DNA of 64,000 nucleotides from Bilabrum cf. latius (Eukaryota): positions 372,001-436,000 of the forward strand of contig OZ237754.1 in NCBI GenBank assembly GCA_965178125.1, given 5' to 3'. Below, piece after piece: positions 50,180-63,300 of this stretch. Each line of letters opens with the position of its first letter. Positions within the stretch are counted from its first letter, which is position 1. The position numbers were made by a program, and so were the translations under genes. The notes under the pieces were generated by a model that saw only the letters and a program-made list of their open reading frames with translations, ran no database searches and was not told the origin of the DNA.

Positions 50180-53100
50180 ATGAGTGTATATTGGACAAAA
50201 GCTGGTGGGCATTCACTGCTTGTCATGGTGCTTACTGGGTTGGTAGTACGCTTCACGTGTTTGGCAGAGACTGCTGTACCTGAACACGAGCGAGCGGTCA
50301 GCATGACCCTTCCAGCCTACTTGAGGCATCCAAGGACCTTAACAGCTGCATCAGGTAGTCCGGAGCCCTCAGCAACACCATCACCCTCAGCGGTGCCTTC
50401 ATCGCTTGTTGGCACTGGAGGCGCTACCGTCATTGCAGACGTGCAGCCAAGATCTGCCATGATCGAGGCAAGCGGTCGACTCTTCTTCCAGGGCCAAACC
50501 GAAGATTACGGGAGGGAGCTGTGGATGTCAGATGGCTACAGTGCCGTGCTTCTCTCAGACCTGAGGCCGGGAACTGACAGCTCGATCCCTTCTGACTTTA
50601 CAATCTATCGAGACAGGCTGTATTTCGGCGCCCGAGGTGTAGACTTCAAAAAACAACTTTATTCGATCGATCCCGCAGCAGCAGCCGAAGGGCGCAATAT
50701 GACCTTGCAGATGGTACCTCCGATCGGTGACGACTGGGACACCAGTCCCGAGTCCCTGTGCCAGTACAAGGGCCTGGGCCCAGACGCACTGTACTTCGGC
50801 GCAAACGGCGGGAATGACATAGGTCGCGAGCTGTACCGTTACACTGGCCAGGGCAAGCCCGAGCTCGTGGCTGACTTGCAGCCGGGGGAGCTGCAAGGCG
50901 GAGACCCACAGGAGCTCACAGTGTTCGACGGTCGCCTGTTTTATGCATCATCATCATTTTTCCAAGGCCTAGAGCTCTGGTGGTACAACGGTACAGGGGT
51001 GCCGCAGATGGTGCAGGACCTGCAGCCAGGGCCGGGGGGATCAGCGCCCCGATACATGGTCTCGACAGCGGTTGGTCTCTTCATGCGGGCTACCGTAAAT
51101 TAGAGGACCTCGTCACTGTTCGTGGTGAAGGCAGCAGGCACTGACCCGTCCCAACGACCCAACCAGCCTGAGTTGGTAATAGACCCCGCTCTAGAGATAT
51201 CAGATCCCCAGTGGATGACACTACTTGACAACGACACGCTGGCTATGGCTGCTACACCACGAAACGACGATGTAGGCCTGTTCATTATCGATCTGAAGAA
51301 CGCATCCTAGCCGTTATCCTTTGGGTCCAGCTTATTGTCTGATGCCTATGCACCACAGTTCCTTACCATGGGACCTGGTGGCACCCTGTATATGAGTGGC
51401 TACTCTGTCCAGATTGGCCGGGAGCTCTGGGGTTACAACCCAGCCAAGCAGTCATTCCTCTTCCTGGCTGTCGATCTCTACTACGGCACCGACGACTCCA
51501 ACCCGGCATTCCTGACATCTTTCATACCACCGAATGCCAGCGAGCCGCTGCTCTACTTTGGCACCAGCGATGGAGATGATGACTCGAAGCTCTGGTCCTA
51601 CAACGACACCGCCAGACCCACGCCCACGCCGTCAACATCAGCCACGCCCACGCCCAGCGCGTCAGCATCGCCGTCAGCCAGTGCGTCTCCAACGCCCTCC
51701 GTGTCGATTTCGTCATCCCCATCCAGTACTGCTAGCGCCACACCCACGCCATCCACCACCCCGTCGCCCTCCGCGTCGCCTAGTCAGTTTCCAGAGGGTG
51801 ATGGGGCGTCCATGGAGGCACAGCATGTACAGGTGGGCGTGGTGGGCTCGCTTCAGGTGTGGAGAGATCCGGCCACGGACCAGCTGCTGCCTCCCGACAT
51901 GGACCTGTAGACACTCAAGAGGGTACTGCCGGACGCGCTGGTGGAGGCATCTAGCCTGTACGCGGTGCGAGGACTACCAAGTGCGGAGACAGGTGCGTCA
52001 TGGGTGGATCGGCTCAGGGTGGTGGGCGCCCGGACTGACGAGTCCAATGTGCGTCGCACCAACGTGCTGGTGCTTGTGCAGCCACCGGCTATGGAGCCAA
52101 CACTTGATGAATCTACCCAGCCGGCCACTTCAGTGCTGTCAGCCTCGCAGACCGCCGCATTGGTGGACCAGCGGCTCATCGCCAAGGCCCAGCAGCAGGG
52201 TGCCACTGTGCTCAACACGACCGTGGGGCTGCCGCTGATCCTCACGCTGGGCGCGCCGGCTGCCGAGCTGTGTCGGTGCTTCGAGGGGGCATGGACGGTG
52301 GATCTGGCAGGTGAGTCGTGCCCCAGGGTACGTGTGGACACCAGCGTCATGACGATTGCCATGATATCTTGCGCGATCATTATTCCGTTCTGTGGGCTGG
52401 GTCTGTTTCAGCGTGACCTTGCATCACCAAGCGGCATCTTCACTGTTGTCAGCGTGGGGCTGCAGGTGTTGGACGTGGTCAGTGACGCAAGCTTCACCTA
52501 CCAGCTGGTTCGGGAGCGGAGCTGTGAGATGCCTGGGCTAGTCATCATTGCTGTAGCCTCCATTGGTGTATCCATGCTGGTGAACTTCGCAGTGTCTATG
52601 GTGCTCCTGCGCTGCTGGCCAGTGGACGGGCTGCGGCAGCATGCGGGCCAGCACTGGGGCATGGTGTACGGTGTGTCGTTCTTGTCGATCTTCGGGCCCA
52701 AGTCGCTGGACCTGCTCACGAGCCGGCTGGGCCGAAGCGCCGCCTTGAGTCTGTACGCGTCGGACTCGGCTAGCGACATGGCTCGTCGGCGGGAGCTGTC
52801 TCACCGCCTCAGGCTGCTGGGCATCCCTCAGGTGGTGCTAGAGGACTTGGTGCAGTTTGGGCTGCAGGTCTTCGTGCTATATCAGGGCGGGCGAGGAGGC
52901 GGAAGCAATCTGGCAGCGCTGGTGGCACTGATATTCACGGGACTGAACGTGATGCGGCATGTGTTGGGTGCGATGCTGAGCTCAGTGGGACTGGAGGAAA
53001 TCAAGCAGAAGTCACACGGTCGTGCCGTGGATGTATCTAGACGTGCAGAGCCCGCATTGCATGCCAGAAGACTACAACCGAGCGTGTCAGCCTTGATTTT

Positions 53101-53425
53101 TTCTGGATCGCATTGGATGTCGCCTGGTGGAGCTGGTCAGGGCCCGGTTGCTCTTCCTGTAGACTCGGAGGGCGAATCGAAGCGCACCAGTACAGTCTGT
53201 CCAGTACAAGCAAGCAGTCCCAGTGCCACTAGTGCAGGTAGTGCCGCCTCCAGAGCAACACTTAATCCGCTTCGTGGAGCCGAGGACGGGCAAGTGGCAT
53301 CATGGATGCAGGAGATGGAGGAGAGCAGGATGCCTAAAGGGAGCGGCCCCGATCCAGACTCGTTGCTTGAGCCGAGCCCGACCAGTGACTAGGTGAGTGA
53401 GAAACACGGTGTGGAGGCTCTTTGA
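50180..53425 (+). CDS. ELWxxDGT-repeat cell-surface multi-pass membrane protein; copy B (inverted paralog of copy A)
   Basis: Same architecture as copy A, with a hydrophobic signal peptide. In-frame TAGs at 51101, 51308, 51908 and 53390; TGA at 53423-53425. The C-terminus HGVEAL matches HEVE*L in copy A. Confidence 0.82.
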
Positions 53426-54396
53426 AGCCAGCAAAATATTACGCTTGTATGACTTGCGTGCTTGCATCCCTGGATGCGGCACGATGCATACTACCCGAAA
53501 CGAAGGTATCGAGAGAAGGTGCACCTCTAAGACCTAGGTCGCGCACTGGACACGGTGCAATGCGCGATGGAGATGAAGAACAGTTGGTGAGGTCTCTGAG
53601 ATTGAGGTCTCACGTTGGGCGCAGTACCCGTTCGGGGCGTTCGACGCAGCGAACCGGAAGAGTTAGCAGTCAGGGTGGGAAAGGCTCGGTGCAAGTCCGA
53701 TCCGGGTCGGGTACGAGCAGGGATGGCGGTCAGGATGGGCGAGAAGGATAAGGGCAAGGAAGGGAGGGAGGGGGGATGGTACAGCAGGCCTGTGTAGGAT
53801 GTAGTGGGGGATTTATGGTTGAGAGATTTGCTTCGGCTCAAGGTGGAATGGACGTGGTTCAGAATCGAAGTATTGTCAGATCAAGCACCGATCCTCACGG
53901 TGGCAGGCACAACCTGCTCACTGTAGCCTCGATATCCACACGCACTAAGCAACTCATTAAATGGCGTTGCAGCGGCCTCACACGAGGCATCGCGCAAACT
54001 CCAGCCAAACAATCATACGTATCCAGTACACGCAGCGGGATGCAACCGCCGCGCAACTGGCCCCAGTGTGCTCAAAAGAAGAGAACGATAGGGTAGTGGC
54101 AACAGCACCATCCTGTCACAAGGCACTGTCAGGATCGCATGAGAGGTGCTCCATCACAATGGTGGATAAATCCACGACAGACACGATCACCCACAAGCGC
54201 GCCCGAGCCGTCGCCCAGGTCTGCTTGCAAGTCATCGTGTAATGCAATGGCCCTCTTCACGCAACTCACAAACAGCCGTACTGTCCCATTGCCTCCTCAG
54301 TGCCATTCACACCCTTTCGCCCTCTATCTCGTCACCACCTCACCACTCTACAGCTGCCCCAACTTGCTCACTCAAACCCCCATCACACTCAGCTTC

Positions 54397-57300
54397 TCAC
54401 ACGAACCCGCTCGCGCCCCCGCGGCTAGGCCGCCTCGTGCCCCTCGGCGTGAAGCCCTTCCGCTCATCCTCAGCCGACACACCCAGAGATGCACCTGCTG
54501 GCGCCACGACCTCCTCTGAGGAACCACCGGCAGGCCCGCCCACCAGCTTGCGGGCCTGCGTGGCCGCGCGGTCGCCCATGGGGTTGGCGAATGCGAACTT
54601 GCTCGGGCCGCTGGAAGGAGGCAGGGGCTTGGACCCGGCCAGGGCCGGCTTCCCGCCCTTGCCTGAAGACCCCCCGCTCTGCAGGCCAGCCAAGGGCCCT
54701 TGCGTCACGCGGTAGCCGGCGCCTGACCGCCTGGTGGACGACATGTAGTACGCCAGACCCACTCCTGCGGCCACCACCACCAGCGCGCCCACCACCACGC
54801 CCACGATCAGCCCCGTGCTGGCCCCGCCAGGAGCAGCACCATCGCCGGGCAGCTCCTCGCCCATCACGTCCTCCACGGACCCGAAGCACACGGTGCCCAG
54901 CAGCATTGACTCTCCGTCAGACGCGATCGTCATGCCGCTCTGCATGTCCAGGCCAGTCACACCGTCCATGTCGCCGGCGAGCACCACAAGGCTGGCGCGC
55001 CTCCGGTCCGCTGTGGCATCGCCCTCCGGCATGGGGGCATCCTCGGCTCGTAGTGGGATTACCGCGCTGGCCTGCGCCTCTCCCGCAGCGAACTGCACCG
55101 TTACTGTGCTCGACACCCCGCCTGCGTTGTAGTCCGCCCCCTCCTACGCGGCGCTCGCGATGCCCTCTCCGGGTGACACCACAGTCACAGTAAGCTCCGC
55201 GGGGCCGGCAGACGCCGATTCCGTCCTGGTCAGCACCACTGTGGCCTGCTCGGCCCCGAAGTAGTTGCACTCACCGTCCACGTCAACGCTCTCAACCTGC
55301 GCGATGTCGTCGTCTACGATCCGAAGCACCGCCTCCGACTGGAGACCGAAGTCGTTCTCACCTGCGATGCGCGCCCCGCCAGTGGCAGCCGACAGCCGCA
55401 GGCCCACTGCTTCGGTACGCACAGCGCCCGCCCTGCTAAGCTCGGCGATGGCATCCTGGATGGAACTAATAGACACGGTCTTCGAGTCCTCGCCGCGCCC
55501 GAACGATAGCTCGCCCGATGCGGCAACGAAGTCGCCGGAGCTCGCGGGCATGGACCCATCCTCCAAAGCGTTCTGCAGCACGTATGCTTCGTACCGCACA
55601 GTCACTGGGTCATCTCCGAAAGTGCCCAGCTCTCGGCGGACCTCCAGGTTGGCGCTGCCGCCCTCGCCCACTTCGTACCCAGCCTCTGACCAGCTAAACA
55701 CTCCACGACCGAACGAGATGCGTCCGCCCGTCGTGATCTGCTCGCCAAGCTCGCCCTCGCCCGTGGCGGCAGCCTCGATGGCTGCAATTTCTTCCTCGGC
55801 GGTGCGCTCCACATCCGTCGCATTCTCGGACACAGGGGCCGCAGGCTCGGCGGGAGGCACAACTTCCATGGCCTGGATGCCCACACCCAGCGTGTCCTGC
55901 AGAGAGCCAGACAGTGCCTCCTCCACCAGCCGCTCCTGGGCTGCCACCAGCTCCTCATACTGGGCGTGCCTCACCTCGAATTCCGCCTCCTCCTCTGGAT
56001 CCACACCGTCCACGTCGCCCTCGCCCTCGCCCTCGCCCTCTGTCTCCACCTCGTCGTCCTCCAGAGCATCGATTTCGAAGTCCACGCGGGCCGATCCTGC
56101 CACCACATTGACCACCCGGATGCGGTTTGACGCGATGTTCAGCACGAACGCCAGCCGGCCCATGAACTCGTCCTGCTGGTCGTAGAACGTGTCGATGTTG
56201 AGCGCCAGCGTCAGCGACACCTGGATCAGCGGCACGGTCCGGATCTCCACGTACCCCTTGCCCTTCACGTTGAAGTGGATCGTGCGGGCCAACCGGAAGT
56301 ACGCGTTAGCGCCGTCGTCGGACGAAGGCGAGATGAAGTCGTCCGTGCCGTCGTACACGTCCCCGGGCCAGTTGGTGTCGTTCACGAACACCATCGCGTC
56401 TCCGCGTCCGGTCACCTGATCGCCGGACTTGTACACGCGCAGCTTGTTCGGGTTGGCCCTCCAGTTGGCGATGGTCACGGCCTCGCTGTCGGCCGCGTGC
56501 AGCAGGTGCCAGCGCATCTTCTGCGGCACCGTGGACATGAAGTAGATGGTCAGGTGCTGCGGCACGGGCACGATGGAGTGGAACAGAGAGAGCCTCTTGA
56601 GGCAGGTGTACCCGGCGCACCAGCCGTGGTCCATTTGGGAGTTCATCTGGTTCAGGTATCCTCCACCCAGCGTGGCGTTGTTGCCGTCCTTGCCTAGAGC
56701 TTCCTCACGCAGCAGAGTCTCGGTGCCAGTCACGCCGCCCGTGCCGGTGGTGAGGACGTTCATGGGAGCGAGGCTCCTCGTCTCCGAATCGGGGTCCATG
56801 CTCTCCACCGCCAGCATTCGGTAGTTGAGAGTGGACCTGCAGCGGTAGGCCTGCCAATTGCGGTCCAGCTCGCATCCGTCAGTTCGTGCGATGCCGCGTC
56901 CGATGGCTAGATCGTCCTCGGCGATGCGCGTGCCGTCATGCCTGGTGATCATGGTGATTGGGATCCACCAGCGCGCGCGAGAGTTCCTGAACTCTGACTC
57001 GGAGAAGATGTTGTAGTAGATGGGCTCGGTGGCGGACGAGTCGCCGGTCTGCGCCAGACCGCTGAACGATCCGTCCAGGTCGTTGATGAGCACCTGCTGC
57101 AGACCCTCGCAGTCAAAGATGATGCAATCGGCTTCGTTGATCCACCCAGGGTTGGGTCGATCGATACGCAGGCGGTTTGCAACCGGCGTGGAGACCCACT
57201 TGATGCCTCGAGCGTGCGTCGGGTGCGTGACGTCGGGGCTGGCGGGGTTGGTGCGCACCGCGCGAGGCGTTACGGCACACTGCCCAGAGGAAAGAGCTCC

Positions 57301-60300
57301 GCTGGATGGCTGCTTCTGCCCGTAGTTGACAAACCGAACGTTGGTGATGATCGTCTTGCCGCTGATCTGACCGTAGCTACCCACCTCGTGTGGGGGTGAC
57401 ATGTCGAGCGACATCGGCCCGCCAGAGACGAACGACGGGATGAAAAGGCCCAGGCGAGATACACCCATCTGTCCCCGGCCCCAGGACCAGCGCCAGCGCT
57501 TGGTTGGCAGCGCTTCAGAGCAATCAGAGTCGGCCCCATAGCCCACAAAGATCGAGTTGCTGACCTCGACGTACTGGTCACCGATCAGGTGCCTTGCCGA
57601 GGCAAAGCCGAACACGAATGCGCCCACCGCCACACGCTCGTCCACACTGGTGTGGCTGGTGACCTTCACCTTGGCCCTGGACCAGGTCAGGAACCCGTAC
57701 TCGCTCGCCTTCCAGCTCTTCATGCCATGCACCTGCAGACAGCCGCCGATGCCGCGGGTCATTCGGATGTTAAAGTGAGAGCCGTGGGCCTCATTGCCGT
57801 CAAAGTAGCGGCGCCCGTCGGACATCACGCCGGCATTTCCGCAAGGCAGGCTGCTCAGGTAGAACCCGGACCTCTCGCTGCCGCCCGCCACGTTGTCTCG
57901 CACGATCGCGTTGGCACCCATGATCTCAAACCCACCGGGAGTGCGGGTGTCCTAAGCAAGGTTGTTGCCATGGTGCGTTCCAGGGAACACAGAGTTGATC
58001 GCGAGATTCTTGCGGATGCGGGTGCCCGGGGAGTCGGTGCGCACGGCCGCGCCCACCGACCTCTAGATCACATTGCTGTCAACATACACGTTCCTGCTCC
58101 CAGAAACGACCACACCCAGCTGGTAGAGGTTGTGCATGGAGCAGTTCAGAAGGCCGAAGCTGCCGCTCGCCGGCGGTGCAGCCGGGGCAGCGCTGCCGGG
58201 GGTCACGCCCAGGAAGGCCACGGCGGCGCCCTCTCCGTTGTTCTCCCCGAGAGCAAAGTGGCCGGCCTTGTGGAACTCCACGTTGCGGATCAGGGCTGAG
58301 CCCTGGTACGAGTCCGTGCACACGTCATTCTCCTCGTACGCGATCATCACGCGGGCGCCGAAGTGGTCCTGCTCCGTGTTGATGAAAGCAGTGTCGTCCT
58401 TGGGGTCCTTGAGGTCGGTCACGTCGGCGCCCTCGATCTTGATGTTGCGGGTGAGCAGACCAACCTCGGGGGCGGTCGTGATCTCTACGCCGTCGTACGT
58501 GGCTGTCGTCACCGTGTGCGCGTGCGTGAGGGCCGCAGACACGGTTACCTCCGTAGTTGTCACACCGCCAGTCGTGGAGGCGCTCGCGATGGCGGAGATC
58601 GTCCTGGTCTCGGCATCGCCAGGCTTGAAGGAGCTCGTAGATACGGAGATCTGGTCGCCCACGCGCCACCCACCGTCAGTGGCGTCGCCGTTGATCGTCA
58701 GCACAGTGTCTCCAGCATCCGCGGTGGCTGCCAGCTTGGTCCAAGGCAGCTGCACCTCGCGGCCCTCCATCTCGACCTGGCCTAGCACGGCCAGCGTGGA
58801 CGCGCCGATGATCGTGTGCCCGAAGCCCAGGTGGTCCGTCATGCGATCGCCGGCCAACTTGATGGTCGCGCGGCCCGGGTACGGGTCACCGCCGCCGTCG
58901 CCGCGGATGCGCAAGAGGCCCTCGTGCCTCACGACGATGCGCATGGCAGTCAGCACGATCTCGTCCTCGGGTTTGTCCTCCACGCTGTCGTGGGCGAAGC
59001 GCATGCGACCAAGTACGGAGAGCGTGCCCAGCTCCGGCGTCGACTCGTCCAGCTCCACGTTCAGGTGCCACGGAATCGTGACGTTCTCGCCAGCCTCCGT
59101 CGGCTTGCCGTCGTCGCGCTGCGCGATGTCGGTCCAGAAGGTCTCGCTGCTCCACTTGTACCAGGTGCTGGTGCGCGTCACTGTCCTCGAGGCCTGGCAC
59201 GGCGTCACGATCGGGCACCCGGTCTTGGGGCAGTCGAAGGAGCGGAAGCTGCCCTGCACAGTCTCGCGGTTGTTGTTGGTCTTATCCTGCTTGCTCAGGC
59301 TAAAAGTCACCCGGCGATCCACGTCATCGTAATAGTACGACCCCGGAGCATCCGTGCTAGTCGGCAGCTGCTGCAGCGCCGTTTCGAAGCCACGGATGTT
59401 GAAGTAGGCCGGATCCTGCATGTAGTCGATGTGCAGCAGGATCTGCTCATTCCGTCGGAACTCTCCCTGGTCATACGAGAAACGGTCGGGATCCACACGG
59501 GGTGTGTGCTCCCACTTGACACCGATCGAGGAGTCGGCGCCCACAGGGAGGGTCATCACCCACCCGCTTGGCTTGGTCTTGCGCTTGAGCTGCCACACAA
59601 CGGAATCTGTCGAGTCTCCCAGTGACAGGATCATTGGGACGTACCTGGCAATGCGCTCGGGGGCGGCATTGTTCACTGCAAACCTCCGGAAGCGCATGTT
59701 GTTACAGACCTTGCCCTGGAAGCCGGTGACGTCCTGGCAGTCGTCAAACTCTGGCAGCAGGCCGTTGTTCGGGACCAGGGAGCGGAAGTTGCGGAAGCTG
59801 CTGGGCGCGTTGGGCACCAGCGTACCATCCGTGTCCTCGTGCACACCCTCATGCTTCCACCGCCACATGACCCGGTTGGGGGTGTTGTCGTAGGCGATGC
59901 GGCGGAACCTGGTGGTCCATCCGCCACCGAGCGGCGTGAACCCCTCGCACTTGGAGCAGCCGCGCACGGCGTACGTGCTAGACTTGTTGTAGTTGGCGAA
60001 CGTGATCCGGTCGAACGTGAGGCCGTGGTCGGCGGCCGTGAAGATGCCGTGGCCCCTTGGCCCAGCCACCATCAGCACGTCTTGCACGGTGTTGGCGCCC
60101 CACTCGCCGCCTATGAACCCGCCCTGCGCGCCAGCCATCTCGAAGCCAGCCTGCAGGTTCTCCACTACCTGCATCTGCAGGAAGCGAAGGTGCGACTGAG
60201 CCGTTACAGTCACACCGTTCTTGCCGTTGCGGTACGACAGCAGACCCTTGAAGGTCCCAGTCCTGGCACGCGAGCTGGGATTGCAGGGCTCAACGCGTGG

Positions 60301-63300
60301 CGCCAGGAAGTGGTAGATGCGCAGGCCATAGTGGCTGTTGGAGTGCGCAACGTTGTTCTCGAACTTGCGCACGCGGGCGTGCCTGGGGCACACGCCGGTG
60401 CCCAGGCCCTCCGCTGCCATCACGCCGGTCACTGATGCCTCATCTTTGTACCAGAAGCCGTACCTAGCGCCTGATGCCACGTTGTTCACAAAGGTGTTGT
60501 CGGGATTGGTGATCCAGAAGGCGGCAGGCGTCTGGTCTACATTCAGGAGAGCGAAGCTGGGACCCACCTGGGTCACCAGCACGCCGTCCACGGTGTTGTC
60601 GGTTTCGCCACCATCTTCCACGAACACGGCGTGGCCCTTGACGTCATAGGCAACAGAGTCCTCGATCTTGAGATTCTTGACCCCGTGGATGGTGAAGGCG
60701 CGGTTGAACGTGCGATGCACAGCCACGCTGCGGATGTAGGAGCGGCTCACGCTGCCAACCATGTGGAAATGCAGCGGGTAGCGACCAAGGCGGAAAGCCT
60801 GCCCCACGCGGTACAGCTCGATGTCCTGGAACCTTCCCTGCACGGAGTTGTCCCCGCGGGAGTGCAGCATGATGTGGGCGCCGAACTGGTTCGGCAGGTC
60901 GCTGTCAACGGCACCCTGGAACTTCACCGTCCTCGTGAGCAGCGCCACCTCGGCTGCCATAGTGAAGCTATGGATCGCCTCCCGGGCTCCCGCGCGGTTG
61001 CTGTAGCCGCTGTCGGGCTCGTACGTCCTGTCCTCGGCGATGTGGGTCCACGATAGTGTCTCGTTCAGCCCGATGGTCTTCAGATTGCCAGAGATTGACG
61101 TGATCTTCCTGGGCTCGGCATGTGTAGGATCGTAGTCAGTGGAGGCGATCACGATCTCGTCGCCCACGCGCCAGTCCAGAGCCTGCTCGGCCAGGGTGAT
61201 GCTGTTGGCGCCAGCAGCGGCTGTAGCGGCCAAGCGAGTCCAGGGGCGGCGCACGGGCCGGCCATGCATGTCCAGCTCACCGTTCCGGACCGCAATCATC
61301 TTGGTGCCGTACACGGGTAGCTCAAGCTGCTTGACGTGCCCGTGCATGGTGATTGTCGCCTTGTTCGTGGTGTACGGGTCGTCTGAGGTACCGACCTTCA
61401 TCTTGCCACCGTTCACGATGATGTAGTGGGCGTCCAGGTTGATGTCACGGCTCGTGTCGAACTCCAGCTCGCCCTGAATCACAATGGCGAAGAGCTTCGG
61501 CGGGCTCACGTCCAGCACGACCTTTTGACCAGCTGGGATCTGCACCGAGTCGCCCTCCACCGGAGGATCAAGGCCGCCCCAGGTTGTCTTGAGGCTCCAC
61601 GCGTCCACGTACTCGTACGTCACGCGAGTGGACACGCTGAACGTGCCACACGTGTCGTGCTCCAGGGTAATCGCGCCGGGCTTGCCGTGCAGGGCCCCGC
61701 CGGCACGCTTGGTCACGCAGTTCAGAGCAGTGCCACCGCCACCGATGCTATCCAAGCGGCAAAAGTTGTTGAAGGTGCGGATGCGGTTCCCGTCACGGAT
61801 CTTGAGCTTGATGGACAGCTTGGTGGTGTCCGCCCCGAAGCCCTGACCGTTGATGACCAGTTGTGTGCCGCCCTTGGTGGAGCCACGGAGCTTGTTGATT
61901 GACGTGACGACGCGAGCTCCGCTGCAGGAGCCACCGCCGCCCAGCAGCGGCGGTAGGCCGAGCCCGAACAGGCGGCGACGCCCGCCCGCATTGTCGTAGT
62001 ACTGCGAGTTGGCCGAATCCATCGGCTGCACTTCGGCACCAACAGCCTCAGCTGACGTGCATCCGAAGACGTCCACGGTGTGAAGGCCCACGCGATCGTG
62101 GCTGCCGCTCTCCCTAGAGTTCCGGGTCACGATGCGGACAAAACGCCCAATCGGTGCCGAATCCAGCTTGGTGACCGGATCCACGGTGGACAGCAGGAAG
62201 TCCGAGGCGGCCTCACCGGACGTACTCTCGTGCCCAGTCACCCAGGCCGACCCGTCGCGAGAGACGTCGATCCTGTAGTACCCAGGCCTGGTGTCCCACC
62301 ACTGCACGCGCACGCGCGACACGGCCGCCTGCTGGTGCAGGTCAACGGTGAATACCTGCTGGTTGGAGGCACCCTGCGTGGAGCGAGAGCCAGACACCCA
62401 GCGGGTGTTGTCGTTGCCATCCAAGGCGCGGTGGGGCTGATGGTCAGGGTTGGACCACGAGGACGTGGCGGTGGCGGTGGCCGGCGTGCCGGGGCCGCTC
62501 AGGAGCTGACCGTTCCCGCATGTGCCGGGTGCAGCCGCCACTGGCACTGCCCTGGGCCTGTGGAGCACGACATCGCACACTCCCTGGGCGTCCACCGAGG
62601 GCAGGCGTGCGGTGGCCGACTCTTCAGAGGGCATCCTGTACTTGATGACTAGACGCGGCGCGACCTTGTCGCCCTTCATGCCGTCGCCGTCCGTGTCCAC
62701 GTTGGCAGCACCAGAGTAGAACACCCTGCGGGACTCCTGTGCCCTTCCCCGAGCCTCGGCGAGCGGGTCGTCATCCTGCCCCTCTTCGCCTTCCGATTCG
62801 CCCTGTGCGGCAGCGGCATTGGCGAGCGCGATCTCAGTGGCAAGCCCAGGGTAGTCCTCGGGTTCGAACCCCTCGAGATCCATGGGTTCAGAGCCGAGCA
62901 CTTCCTGGGCGCCCTGCAGCACGCTGAGCTCCTCGTCGGTCAGCTCGGCAGCGCGCAGCACGAACGGGAATGCCACGGTGGGCGCTGCATCGGCCTCGGT
63001 GCGTTCCGGCATCTGCTGGGCAACTGAGGGGCTCCAGGGCCAGGACTCGGAGCTGATATGCTTCTGCACCAGGTGCGCGATGTTGGGCGAGCGGTAGGAC
63101 TGCCCCTGGGCCTTGAAGCGGTCGAACATCCATGCCACGGGGCTGGCCCCAAAGTAGGCGGCGCTGCTGTTCATGGCGTCACTTATCGCGCCATTGCTCA
63201 GGTCGCAGACGTGACCCTGGGCGCACCCGGGGGTGCCAGTCAGCGTGCCAATCTCGAACTTAATGTCACCGTCAGCGCCGATGCCCTGCGAAGCGCTCAC

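Larger units (their letters stand above)
46520..53425. repeat. Large imperfect inverted duplication (head-to-head gene pair, ~320-bp spacer between starts)
   Basis: Long near-identical reverse-complement blocks, e.g. ~47030-47600 vs ~52440-53010 and ~47960-48440 vs ~51600-52080. Confidence 0.9.

Noticed and set aside
53390-53400. TAG as the true stop of copy B, or an intron at TAG|GTGAGT
   Set aside because: Reading on gives HGVEAL then TGA, which mirrors the paralog's HEVE*L then TGA. An intron is not fully excluded.
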